Assembly: GCA_965240325.2 (NCBI GenBank)
Contig: OZ251229.1
Span: 1,736,001 to 1,800,000, forward strand
From: Rebecca billardiae RCC1528
Lineage: Eukaryota > Protista > Haptophyta
Direction of reading: 5' to 3'
DNA length: 64,000 nucleotides
Shown: piece by piece, positions 27,943 through 38,323 of the stretch
Numbering within the stretch: position 1 is the first letter of the stretch
Layout of the letters: each line of letters starts with the position of its first letter
Notes under the pieces: model-generated
Database searches by the model: none
What the model was told of the DNA's origin: nothing
What the model saw: only the letters and a program-made list of their open reading frames with translations
Position numbers and translations under genes: made by a program

Positions 27943-30167
27943 CAAGGGAGTCAAGGGTGCCCGCGCCAAGGGAGTCAAGGGTGCCCGCGCCCCAGTGGCG
28001 CGCTCGGCGGATGTTGGGATACACCTTTTTGCCCGCGGCCCTGCGGCGGCGGCGGCGATGGCGTGCTCCGCTGGCGGGGCGAGCGCACGGGGCACGGCGC
28101 TGCGGGCGCGGATGTGCCCGCGAAGCCGGCGCGTGCGGACGGGCTGTTGCGGGAGAGCATCTGGCGCCCTCCTGCGCCGCGCGACTTGCGCCACGCCTCT
28201 TTCGCCTCGGCTCAGAGCAGCGCGCACGCACGCGCCGCCTCAAGGCCAGCCTTGCCGCGCCGCAGCCGACCGCGCGCGCGCCGTGCGCGGCGTGGTCGGG
28301 AAGGAACGGGCGCTGCTGCCGGGCGAGATGGCGACGTCATAGGCGCACGCCATGCCGCCCCGCCACGCCTTGACGAGAGTGTCGTCGGTCCGTTTGCACG
28401 CCTTTTCGACTTGTCACAAATGGTGTGCACTGCCTCGCGGTCGTGACCGTTGTCGGGACGATCATTGAGACACAGAACAGTGCCAGACGGGCACGCGGGC
28501 TACTCTTACATGAATGTTCATCACCGCGTGGTCATGTAGAAGTGCTGGGTGCGACGCTTTCCTCGCGCTGATGCTCTTTCATCATCTTCTTCGAGCTCAG
28601 GTCTGGCTTCAGGCACGGCAAGAAATCAGCACTCGTCAACAGCTGTGCGGATCCGTTCTCGTGCTCTTTCGCGGCGCCGCGGGGCGGCATGGCGTGCGCC
28701 CATGACGTCGCCATCTCGCCCGGCAGCAGCGCCCGTTCCTTCCCGACCACGCCGCGCACGGCGCGCGCGCGGTCGGCTGCGGCGCGGCAAGGCTGGCCTT
28801 GAGGCGGCGCGTGCGTGCGCGCTGCTCTGAGCCGAGGCGAAAGAGGCGTGGCGCAAGTCGCGCGGCGCAGGAGGGCGCCCGATACTCTCCCGCAACAGCC
28901 CGTCCGCACGCGCCGGCTTCGCGGGCACATCCGCGCCCGCAGCGCCGTGCCCCGTGCGCTCGCCCCGCCAGCGGAGCACGCCATCGCCGCCGCCGCCGCA
29001 GGGCGCCGGGCAAAAATCTGTATCCCAACATCCGCCGAGCGCGCCACTGGGGCGCGGGCACCCTTGACTCCCTTGCCCGCGCCCCAGTGGCGCGCTCGGC
29101 GGATGTTGGGATACACCTTTTTGCCCGCGGCCCTGCGGCGGCGGCGGCGATGGCGTGCTCCGCTGGCGGGGCGAGCGCACGGGGCACGGCGCTGCGGGCG
29201 CGGATGTGCCCGCGAAGCCGGCGCGTGCGGACGGGCTGTTGCGGGAGAGCATCTGGCGCCCTCCTGCGCCGCGCGACTTGCGCCACGCCTCTTTCGCCTC
29301 GGCTCAGAGCAGCGCGCACGCACGCGCCGCCTCAAGGCCAGCCTTGCCGCGCCGCAGCCGACCGCGCGCGCGCCGTGCGCGGCGTGGTCGGGAAGGAACG
29401 GGCGCTGCTGCCGGGCGAGATGGCGACGTCATAGGCGCACGCCGTGCCGCCCCGCCACGCCTTGACGAGAGTGTCGTCGGTCCGTTTGCACGCCTTTTCG
29501 ACTTGTCACAAATGGTGTGCACTGCCTCGCGGTCGTGACCGTTGTCGGGACGATCATTGAGACACAGAACAGTGCCAGACGGGCACGCGGGCTACTCTTA
29601 CATGAATGTTCATCACCGCGTGGTCATGTAGAAGTGCTGGGTGCGACGCTTTCCTCGCGCTGATGCTCTTTCATCATCTTCTTCGAGCTCAGGTCTGGCT
29701 TCAGGCACGGCAAGAAATCAGCACTCGTCAACAGCTGTGCGGATCCGTTCTCGTGCTCTTTCGCGGCGCCGCGGGGCGGCATGGCGTGCGCCCATGACGT
29801 CGCCATCTCGCCCGGCAGCAGCGCCCGTTCCTTCCCGACCACGCCGCGCACGGCGCGCGCGCGGTCGGCTGCGGCGCGGCAAGGCTGGCCTTGAGGCGGC
29901 GCGTGCGTGCGCGCTGCTCTGAGCCGAGGCGAAAGAGGCGTGGCGCAAGTCGCGCGGCGCAGGAGGGCGCCAGATGCTCTCCCGCAACAGCCCGTCCGCA
30001 CGCGCCGGCTTCGCGGGCACATCCGCGCCCGCAGCGCCGTGCCCCGTGCGCTCGCCCCGCCAGCGGAGCACGCCATCGCCGCCGCCGCCGCAGGGCCGCG
30101 GGCAAAAAGGTGTATCCCAACATCCGCCGAGCGCGCCACTGGGGCGCGGGCACCCTTGACTCCCTTG
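27943..30167. mobile_element. Foldback element B (1109 bp net; ~400-bp TIRs; 7-bp TSD GCCCGAC), inserted in the right TIR of A
   Basis: Ends CAAGGGAGTCAAGGGTG...CACCCTTGACTCCCTTG; GCCCGAC at 27936-27942 and 30168-30174. Confidence 0.9.
27967..29075. mobile_element. Foldback element B' (1109 bp, near-identical to B; 7-bp TSD CCCGCGC), inserted 24 bp into B's own left TIR
   Basis: Same termini as B; CCCGCGC at 27960-27966 and 29076-29082; arms 27967-~28366 and ~28678-29075 are inverted. Confidence 0.9.
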
Positions 30168-30824
30168 GCCCGACCGACCTCCGCGGCTGTCGCCAGCGGA
30201 GTTGCTCACCCTTACTACCCTTGCTCATTCTATGATTTAACGACACAGGTAGGACGACGCGGGTCTCCTGATTCGTCGGCGGCAGTGCCCGATCGTCGAC
30301 ACGAAGTCGGCGTTGGTGGTGAGCAGAGCATAGCCTGCACCGCGATCGTAAAGCTTGAGCGCGGCCTTGAGCTGCTGAAGCGCGATCCACCTGCGCTGCG
30401 CGGCTCGCATGGCCCTGCTGTGCCCCGAGCGAGGGCGATGGTGCAGGTCCGGATGTCAGCTGGCAGTCTCACCTCCGGACTACTATCGCGTCATCCGAAA
30501 TATGTCGCCGCAGTCTCATTGTCAGCAGCGGATGATCGATCATGATGATGACGACGAATATGGATGACGACAGATATGCTGCGCGCATGATGATGATCGA
30601 ATATTTCTGACTACTGACGACGAAATCGCACGACCGGAGACGGCGACGACGAGTCCGGTCACTCCGGAGTCGACGACGTCGACGGACGACCACTACAGTA
30701 CGACGACCGTCCCGTCCCCGCCCCCGGCTTGCCAGCGTCATATCCGCCGGCGTCGTCTACGCCATCAGGCCCGCGCCGTCGTCAATCACCGAGCGGCGTA
30801 TCAAAACCACGGCGCCGGCTCGGA

Positions 30825-32345
30825 TCAATGCAGCACAGAGAGCCAGGGCGCATGCGCGAGCTCCGGCGCGAGGTCGCGCAGCGATGCGCACAGCTTGGGC
30901 GCGAGCGCGCGCACGCGCTCCTCGGTCGATTCGGCGAGGGCGGCGCTCGGCTGCGCGAGCCACGCGCACATCAGCCGCGCAGCGACGGGCAGCAGCTCGT
31001 GCGGCGGGGAGAGGTCGGCTGCGTCCTCGGCGAACTGCGCGCACGCCTCCACCGCGCCAAGCACGGCGCGGTGCATGCCGAGCAGCGAGGCGTCGTCGAG
31101 GGCGGTGGCCCACGAGTCCTCCGAGCCCGCGCGCGCGCCCGCGTTTCCGGCCGCGCCGCTCTGGCCGACGGCCTCGTCGTCGTCGGAAGCGTCAGCATTC
31201 ATCTCCGAGAGAGCGCACTCGAGGGCCGTGCAGCACGCGAGCAGCGTGCGCAGCTGCTCCGGCGCGAGCGGCTCGAGCCGCGCCGGCTGCGCGTGCAGCA
31301 GCATCGCCAGCTCGACGCCCGCCAGCTGCACGAACAGGTGCGCAAACGAGGCGCGCTCGGCGGCGCGCGCTCCGGGCGCGTCTGCGGTCGGGCGCCGCGC
31401 GGTCCCCGTGCCGGATGCGTGGTGGTGCGCGGCGTCGGTCGGCTCGGCGGCGGGCGCGGGGGCGTCGGCGCGTCGCAGCCACGCGCTCGCGTCCGCGCCG
31501 AGCGCCCACCCGCCGCCAAAGTGCTCGAGCATCAGCGCGCCCAGCTGAAGCGCCTCCATGCGCCGAGCCCGAGGTAGCCGGCTGCCCAGCACTTGGGCGA
31601 GCGCACGCCGCACGCTCGCGTGCCACTCGCGGGCGGCGGCGGGCGCGAGGTGCTCGGCGAATGCGTCGAGCCAGACGGTCAGCGTCGCGAGCGTCGAGAA
31701 GCGCGCCTCGTCCCCCGGTGACGCCGAGTCCGCCGCTGCGGCGAGAGCGCACGTGACACGCTGCGCGCCTGCGGTTGCGCCGCCCGTGAGTGAGACCGGG
31801 CGCTGCGCGGCGCACGCCAGGGCGGCGAGCAGCGCGAGTGCGCGGCGTGCACCTCCGCCGTTCGTGCCCGCCGTGACGAGCCCCGCGACGTGCTCGACCG
31901 CCGTCGTGTCGCGCAGGACCGCCTCCGCCACGTGGGGCGCGTGCGCGAGCGCGCACGCGACAGCGCGCGCGTTCTCAGCCTCCTCCTCGTCCTCTGTGCC
32001 GAGAGAGGTGGCGGCGAGGGCGGCGATCTCGGCGGCGCGTGGCACAGCAAAGCCCGGCTCGGACAGCGCGAGCGCGAGCAGCCGGAGGGACAACGGTCGG
32101 AGCGCGTGCGACGGCCCGGGCGTGTCGGCCGGCGCGGTGCGCAGCATGCGCTCCAGATACGCGAGGCCGACTTGGTCGATGATGCGCCTGACGAAATCGA
32201 CGGGCTGCTCGGCGTGCGGCGCCGCGCGTGCCGCGAGCACGAGGCCGACGAAGCGCTCCTCATCGCCGCCGGAGGAGCACAGCCGAAAGGCCTGCTCCAG
32301 GGAGGCGTGCGGGACCATGCTGCTGTCGTCCGCGGGTGCCGCCAT
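30825..32345 (-). CDS. Neurochondrin-like ARM-repeat protein
   Basis: DEERFVGLVLAAR and RIIDQVGLAYLERMLRT resemble the neurochondrin N-terminus; helical Ala/Leu-rich ORF. Confidence 0.65.
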   Translation of the reverse strand: MAAPADDSSMVPHASLEQAFRLCSSGGDEERFVGLVLAARAAPHAEQPVDFVRRIIDQVGLAYLERMLRTAPADTPGPSHALRPLSLRLLALALSEPGFAVPRAAEIAALAATSLGTEDEEEAENARAVACALAHAPHVAEAVLRDTTAVEHVAGLVTAGTNGGGARRALALLAALACAAQRPVSLTGGATAGAQRVTCALAAAADSASPGDEARFSTLATLTVWLDAFAEHLAPAAAREWHASVRRALAQVLGSRLPRARRMEALQLGALMLEHFGGGWALGADASAWLRRADAPAPAAEPTDAAHHHASGTGTARRPTADAPGARAAERASFAHLFVQLAGVELAMLLHAQPARLEPLAPEQLRTLLACCTALECALSEMNADASDDDEAVGQSGAAGNAGARAGSEDSWATALDDASLLGMHRAVLGAVEACAQFAEDAADLSPPHELLPVAARLMCAWLAQPSAALAESTEERVRALAPKLCASLRDLAPELAHAPWLSVLH

Positions 32346-32453
32346 GCTGCCACTGCGCACCCGTGGTCGGAGCAAAAGAACGTTCGGCAGCGTTCAAACT
32401 GTCTTGGCGCCCAGCTTCATCAGCTCCGGCCGGGCGCGCCGCCTGCCGTGCGC

Positions 32454-34727
32454 ATGGGGCCGGCGCGCGACGATGACGCGCTGATGCCCGCGACGATTCG
32501 CGGTCCGGACGGCACGTCGTACACACGCGATGTCTACTTGGGCAGGGTGCGTCCGCGACCCGCATCCCCTCCTGCCCGTCGAGCCGTCCCTGCCGCTGTC
32601 CCTTGCGCGTGGCACGCCACACGTAGGCGCGCTCACTCTGCGGCGCGCTCGCGACCATCGCCGCCCGCAGGGAGGGTTCGCGCACGTGTACGCAGTCAAG
32701 TCAGACCGTGGAGATGCATTCGCGTGCAAGGTGGTGCGCAAGGACGCGCTGACAAAGCCAAAGCTGCGGCTGAAGGTGCCCTTGCGCCGCATGCTCGCGC
32801 GCGCGCGCGTGCGCAGCAGCGCACTCTCACTCGCTGTGTGCGCCGTGCTCACCCCTCCTCCCCGACGACGACGCGCGCGGCGCCCGCCTCGCAGCTGGCG
32901 AGCGAGATCGAGATCCACCGCTCGCTCGACCACCCGAACATCGTGCGCTTCGTCGACAGCGCCGAGGACGACGCGCGCGTGTACCTGCTGCTCGAGCTGT
33001 GTGCGGGCCGCAGCCTCCATGAGCTCGTGGTGCTCAAGAAGCGGCTGAGCGAGGCGGAGGCGGGGAGCGTGCTGCTGCAGGTGGTGCGCGCGACGAGCTA
33101 CCTGCACGCTCGCAACGTGCTCCACCGCGACATCAAGCTGTCCAACCTCTTCGTGCACCACGGCGCCGTCAAGCTCGGCGACTTTGGGCTGTCCGCGCGG
33201 CTACTGAGCGCCTCGGAGCGGCGGGAGACGGTGTGCGGCACGCCCAACTACGTCGCGCCGGAGGTGATCGCGAGGAGTCGCGGCCTGGCGGCGGAGGAGG
33301 AGGGCGCGGCGCGTCCGGGGCCCGACGCGCGCCCGCCCACGCCCCGCGGCCACTCCTTCCCCGCCGACGTCTGGTCGATCGGCGTCGTCCTATACGCCCT
33401 CGTCACCGGCCGGGCGCCGTTTGACGGCCGTGGTGACGTGAAGCGCACGTACGCTCGGATCAGGGAGGGCGGCGTGGTGTTCCCGCGCGGGCTCGAGCTC
33501 TCGGCGGAGGTGCGCGGGCTGATCGTCGCGATGCTCGACCCCGCGCCCGAGCGCCGACCCTCGCTCGACGCGGTCGCCACCCACCCCTTTGTGGAGCGAG
33601 CGCTCGGGCCGGCGCCGCCAACGCGCACGCCCGGGCCGCGCGCGTCACCGACCGCGCCTCCCGGGGCTGCGGGCGTTGAGCAACCTCGGGCGTGCGTGGC
33701 GCCGACCGCGCCTCCCGGGGCTGCGGCCGCTGAGCAGCCTCGGGCGTGCGTGGCGCCGGCGGAGGGGTGCGTGGGCGGTGCGGGTGAGTGGACAAGCGCG
33801 CGACGAGCGCTCCGCCCGCTGGCCGAGCCCGTGGCACAGCAGCACCCCGGCGCGCGCGAGCGCACTCCGCCGGTGCGCCTGAGCGTGGCGCCGGCCTTCT
33901 GCGCCCACGCCGACGCGGGCGCGTGCGTGGCGCGCTGGGTGGACATGCGCTCGCGCTTCGGCGTGGGGTACGAGCTGCTCGGCGGCTCGGTCGGGGCGTG
34001 GTTCAACGACGGCACGCGCATGGTGCGCTCGGCGGACGGCGCTCTGATCCAATACCGCGAGCGCGCCAGGCCTGACGGCTGCGCGCCTGCCCACGGCGCC
34101 GACACTTCCGGCGAGCAGCCCGGCGGGTCCGCTGCGCTGTCGCAGCAGCAGCTGCTGCAGCAGCAGCAGCAGCAGCACGCGCAGGGCTGCGAGCGCGCGC
34201 TCGAGTTCGACGCGTACGCGCCGCCGCCCGCGCGGCTCGCGAAGAAGTGGGCTCTGCTGCATCACTTTGCAGCACTCCTGCAGCGGCGGCCGCACGACAC
34301 GGTGCCGGCTTCCTTCGGCGCGGGCTGCGACGGCGGCCGCACGCCGCGCGCAGAGTTTGCACACGTGCGCCGGAGCCTCTGCACTGCCGCGGGCGGCGGC
34401 TGCACCGTCTTCAGGCTGAGCCGGCGCTGGCTGCAGCTGCTCTTTGAGGACGGGATGGAGGTGCTGCTCCCGCCACCGCCGCTGCAGGCGCAGGGCGAGC
34501 CCGCCGTGTACGTGCCACCCTCAGCCGAGGCATGCTGCGCGCCTTCGGCCCCGAGGGCGGAGTCGGTGGCCGCCCTCAGCGCGCGGCCAGCGGCGCGTGT
34601 CACAGCGGTGCTCGACGCGCTCGGCGTGCACGCCAGCCAGCGCCCGCCCGCCGCGTTCCTGGCGCAGGCAGCGGATGGAGTGTCATTGTCGTCGTCATCA
34701 TCAGCACTGTTAGTGTTACTGCGATGA
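32454..34727 (+). CDS. PLK: Polo-like kinase; introns 32547-32670 and 32776-32894
   Basis: Spliced LGR|GGFAHVY, ACKVV, HRDIKLSN, DFG, CGTPNYVAPE; polo-box VARWVDMRSRFGVGYEL..SVGAWFNDGT. Confidence 0.9.
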   Translation: MGPARDDDALMPATIRGPDGTSYTRDVYLGRVRPRPASPPARRAVPAAVPCAWHATRRRAHSAARSRPSPPAGRVRARVRSQVRPWRCIRVQGGAQGRADKAKAAAEGALAPHARARARAQQRTLTRCVRRAHPSSPTTTRAAPASQLASEIEIHRSLDHPNIVRFVDSAEDDARVYLLLELCAGRSLHELVVLKKRLSEAEAGSVLLQVVRATSYLHARNVLHRDIKLSNLFVHHGAVKLGDFGLSARLLSASERRETVCGTPNYVAPEVIARSRGLAAEEEGAARPGPDARPPTPRGHSFPADVWSIGVVLYALVTGRAPFDGRGDVKRTYARIREGGVVFPRGLELSAEVRGLIVAMLDPAPERRPSLDAVATHPFVERALGPAPPTRTPGPRASPTAPPGAAGVEQPRACVAPTAPPGAAAAEQPRACVAPAEGCVGGAGEWTSARRALRPLAEPVAQQHPGARERTPPVRLSVAPAFCAHADAGACVARWVDMRSRFGVGYELLGGSVGAWFNDGTRMVRSADGALIQYRERARPDGCAPAHGADTSGEQPGGSAALSQQQLLQQQQQQHAQGCERALEFDAYAPPPARLAKKWALLHHFAALLQRRPHDTVPASFGAGCDGGRTPRAEFAHVRRSLCTAAGGGCTVFRLSRRWLQLLFEDGMEVLLPPPPLQAQGEPAVYVPPSAEACCAPSAPRAESVAALSARPAARVTAVLDALGVHASQRPPAAFLAQAADGVSLSSSSSALLVLLR

Positions 34728-34936
34728 TTGCTGACGCTGCCGCGCCTAGCCCGTTGGCTATAATTATGGTCACTTACGACCGTAGGCTTAGCGTCTGTAA
34801 CGACAGGCAGACCCGAAAACTTAAGTCTTAAGCTGTTAGTAGTAGTAGTATGGCCGCCAGCTAATACTACTATATATAAGGCGGTTCATTCAGTCGATCT
34901 TAATTCTTATCGGACACGGTCACGCATCACTATTCA

Positions 34937-35481
34937 CTATGCTAACAACGTGCGCGAGTCCTCACTCTCGTCAGTCTCACGCACCGCCGGAACCTCTCCG
35001 TGGCCCAGCGCCGCTCCTGCCTGGTACTCTCCCGTGCCGTCACCATACTCGTCCTGCACCTCCTCCTCGCCGCACGTGTGCAGCCCGCCATCCGGCCCAT
35101 CCGCGTCCACAAACGCGCCCAGCACGGAAGACAGCCGATAGCAATGGCGCAGCCGCACGCGACGGCATGGCGGTGCGTGCGCGCGAGCTGGAGTAGGCGC
35201 TCACGTGCGAACAGCTCGGACGTCCAGCTGCACACGTGCGGTGGCAGTGTCGCCGGCAAGGCGGGCTCGTGTCCGCGCGCGCGTGCGCGCTCGCGCAGCG
35301 CGTGCTCATAGCTCAACCGGCGAGCGGCCGCCCGGCGCACCGCGGAAGAGGCGCGAGGTGGCGTTGGCGGCCAGTAGAGTGGGTAGCTTGAACGCACTCG
35401 CGATAATGCGCTCGATGACCTCGGGCGGCATGTCCGCCAGGCACAGCACCGCAGGTGCGCGCGGTGCGTGCTCCTTCGGAG
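34937..35481 (-). pseudogene. Frameshifted F-box plus RCC1-repeat-like gene remnant abutting element D
   Basis: LADMPPEVIERII (F-box-like) and GGLHTCG...AALGHGE (RCC1-like) lie in different frames; the 5' end is cut by element D. Confidence 0.5.
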
Positions 35482-36590
35482 CAAGGGTGTCCAGGGTCCG
35501 CAACAGCCAGTGCGCAGCGCGGCAGAGGCTGTGACATCGCGAGGTCGCCGCTCGCCAGTGGGACTCGCCCGCCCGCCGCCCTGCACGGCGGCGGGGCCGC
35601 TCGCGCCGTGCGCTCCTGCGGCCGTCGGGTCGGGCTGCGTAGGCGGCGCGCGGCTTGGGCCGTCGCTGAGCCACCCAGCGCCCCTCTCTGCGCCGCGCGC
35701 CTTCCTCGTCCTCGCCTCCTCCGCGCCTTGGAGCAGCACGCACACGCGCGCCGCCGCACAAAGGCAGCCCAGGCGCTCGTGTGCAAGCGTGCGCGCACGC
35801 AGCGCGACGGGCTTGACTCGGGGCTCGCGCCGCTGCGGGGGCATGCAGCACCATCACATGCGCGCGCGACGCCACCTCGAGCCTGCGCATCGCTGTGACC
35901 GTCACGTGCCAAATGCTCACACGTCCTCGTGTTGAAGTAGGCCCAATCTGACCAGAACCTGCCATGCGTCAGGACGACTTCTTAGGCAAGACACGATGAC
36001 AGCTACGTACGCGGCGCTTCTCAGCAAGCGCGGAGACCACAAGAGAAGCGCACGCAAGCATGACCGTCTCCGCATCGATCGCGTCGACGCACTCAAGGCC
36101 CGTTGTGGAAGCTTCCGTCGCACGTGTGATAATGCCAAGTCAGACCATTTTGTAACGTGCATCAGCGTGCACTGACGGTCAAACGCGCAGGCTCGAGGTG
36201 GCGTCGCGCGCGCATGTGATGGTGCTGCATGCCCCCGCAGCGGCGCGAGCCCCGAGTCAAGCCCGTCGCGCTGCGTGCGCGCACGCTTGCACACGAGCGC
36301 CTGGGCTGCCTTTGTGCGGCGGCGCGCGTGTGCGTGCTGCTCCAAGGCGCGGAGGAGGCGAGGACGAGGAAGGCGCGCGGCGCAGAGAGGGGCGCTGGGT
36401 GGCTCAGCGACGGCCCAAGCCGCGCGCCGCCTACGCAGCCCGACCCGACGGCCGCAGGAGCGCACGGCGCGAGCGGCCCCGCCGCCGTGCAGGGCGGCGG
36501 GCGGGCGAGTGCCACTGGCGAGCGGCGACCTGCCTCTTCCCCAGCCCTGCCGCGCTGCGCACTGGCTGTTGCGGACCCTGGACACCCTTG
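35482..36590. mobile_element. Foldback element D (1109 bp; ~410-bp TIRs; degenerate 7-bp TSD TTCGGAG/TTCAGAT)
   Basis: Ends CAAGGGTGTCCAGGGT...ACCCTGGACACCCTTG; 35482-~35890 is the inverse of ~36185-36590; shares CCTTGGAGCAGCACGCA with element A. Confidence 0.88.
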
Positions 36591-36625
36591 TTCAGATGGC
36601 GAGGCGGCGAATCAGGCACGCAGCA

Positions 36626-37417
36626 ATGGCGGCCGGAGCGGGCCTCGTGCTGATGATGCTGGCAGCTTGTCCCCTCGCGCTATCCTCTCGTCAGCTTGGG
36701 CGCGTGCTCAAGCCGGCGCGTGTGCTCGCTCCACCGCGCCGCGTGCTGGCTTCGGGACCAGGAGCGGCAGCGCTCGGGCAGGACCTCGGCGAGCTCTTCG
36801 AGCTGTACGCGCCGCCGGACGGACCGACGGACGTGAGGCTTCAGCCGGGTGTGGCCCCGCGGCCCCTCGGGCAGCGCAAGCCGCGCGGCGAGGTGCACCG
36901 GGACGGCGATTGGCACCGATCGGTGCACATCTGGCTCGTGAGCGCCGAGCCCGCAGCGCCGCCCGCCTTGCTCATGCAGCGTCGCTCCGCGCACAAGGAC
37001 ACGTTCCCGAACCGTTGGGACGTGAGCGCGGCCGGGCACGTGACTGCCGGTGACACCTCGCTCGAGACCGCGACCAAGGAGCTGCACGAGGAGCTCGGCC
37101 TCGACATGCCGGCGGACGCGCTCGAGCGCGCGCTGTGGGTCACGCTCCCGGCGTGCGCCCGCGGCGAGACGCAGGGCCACGGCGAGTTTGTGTGCAATGA
37201 ATTCCAGGACCTGTATGTGCTGCGCGCGCCCGAGGCGGTGGCGCGCGCACCGGACGCGCTCGCGCTCGGCGCCGACGAGGTGTCCGACGTGCGCCTCTTC
37301 CCGCTCGAGACGGTTCTGCGCGCGTGGGAGCAGGGCGACCCGGATTTCGTCCCGCGCGCCCAACACTACCGGTCCGAAATCGGCCGTGCCGTGGACGTTC
37401 TCCTGCGCGCTGCATGA
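36626..37417 (+). CDS. Nudix hydrolase (IDI-1/NUDX3/YfcD-like) with N-terminal targeting peptide
   Basis: VHRDGDWHRSVHIWL, QRRSAHKDTFPNRWDVSAAGHV, ETATKELHEELGL (Nudix box). A hydrophobic then basic leader suggests bipartite plastid targeting (inference). Confidence 0.85.
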   Translation: MAAGAGLVLMMLAACPLALSSRQLGRVLKPARVLAPPRRVLASGPGAAALGQDLGELFELYAPPDGPTDVRLQPGVAPRPLGQRKPRGEVHRDGDWHRSVHIWLVSAEPAAPPALLMQRRSAHKDTFPNRWDVSAAGHVTAGDTSLETATKELHEELGLDMPADALERALWVTLPACARGETQGHGEFVCNEFQDLYVLRAPEAVARAPDALALGADEVSDVRLFPLETVLRAWEQGDPDFVPRAQHYRSEIGRAVDVLLRAA

Positions 37418-37563
37418 TGAGACTGAACGTAGTCTCGTCATGAGTCTACTGCACGGTCATGCGCATGTGACCCGTGTGGCACGTATGCTGACGATGATGC
37501 CAGTCGTCGTAGTTCATCGTGCATATAGCGTAGTATCATCGTCGCACAGCTACGGCTTCGTCG

Positions 37564-38292
37564 TCACGCATCGCGCGCGACCATCGTGAGCCGCTCGCGG
37601 ACGCCGGAGAGCTGGCGCACCGCGACGCCAAACGCGCTCTCCGCATACTGCGTCTCCGATCTCTTGCTCGACTCCTCGCGCGCGCGGCGCGCGCGCTCGA
37701 CGGCGGCGCGGAGCGCGGGGTCGGGCGACTGCGCGGCGTTGCACGCGCACCACAGCTGCGGCACCGCGCGTCCGCCGCCGCCGGTGCCGGCGAGCATCTT
37801 GCCCTCATCGTACACGAAAACGTGGCAGGCGTGCAGCTCGGACGAGCGGCAGCGCAGCCACGCGACGTCGCTCAGCTGGTCGGCGGTGGTGAGCGCGCCG
37901 TCGAGCTTGGCGCGCGGCGTGATGGCGAACGCTGGGACCGTGTGCCTGCGCGCGCTGCTGCCCGCCGCCGCCTCACTCACCGCCGCGATGGCGCTGCCCT
38001 CGCCGAGCTCGCCGTCCGCGCGGCGCTGCTCAATCACCTCGGCCACCGAGCGCGGCGGCGGCACGAGAGACGGCCGCAACGGCGTGGGCACGTGCGCGGG
38101 CTCGCCGAGCGCCTGCTGGTTGAGCGAGCGCGCGATCGCGCGCGTCGCCGCGCGCACGTGCGCGCGCAGCCGCTCAAGGTGTGGCCGCACCGCGCTCGGG
38201 TCCGCGTGCGCGTCCGCGCCGCCGCGCGAGAGGACGGCCGCGGCGACCGCGCCGCGCGCGCCGCCCGCCGTCCGGGGCCGCGACGCCGGTCG

Positions 38293-38323
<31 letters not shown>

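Larger units (their letters stand above)
20598..30223. mobile_element. Foldback element A (outer host; ~1133 bp once inserts are removed; ~400-bp TIRs; 7-bp TSD CTCATTC)
   Basis: Ends CAAGGGTAGT...ACTACCCTTG; CTCATTC at 20591-20597 and 30224-30230. Its pieces are 20598-20678, 26940-27942 and 30175-30223; arm 26940-~27255 is the inverse of ~27600-27912. Confidence 0.9.

Noticed and set aside
27967-30167. Simple 1092-bp tandem duplication or assembly duplication
   Set aside because: The junctions carry complete termini and a distinct 7-bp TSD, and the copies differ at several bases; nested insertion explains it exactly.
20598-30223. A transposase gene within the nest
   Set aside because: No ORF with recognisable DDE, THAP or other transposase motifs; all elements appear non-autonomous.
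36275-36625. N-terminal extension of the Nudix ORF
   Set aside because: Lies almost entirely within the right TIR of element D.
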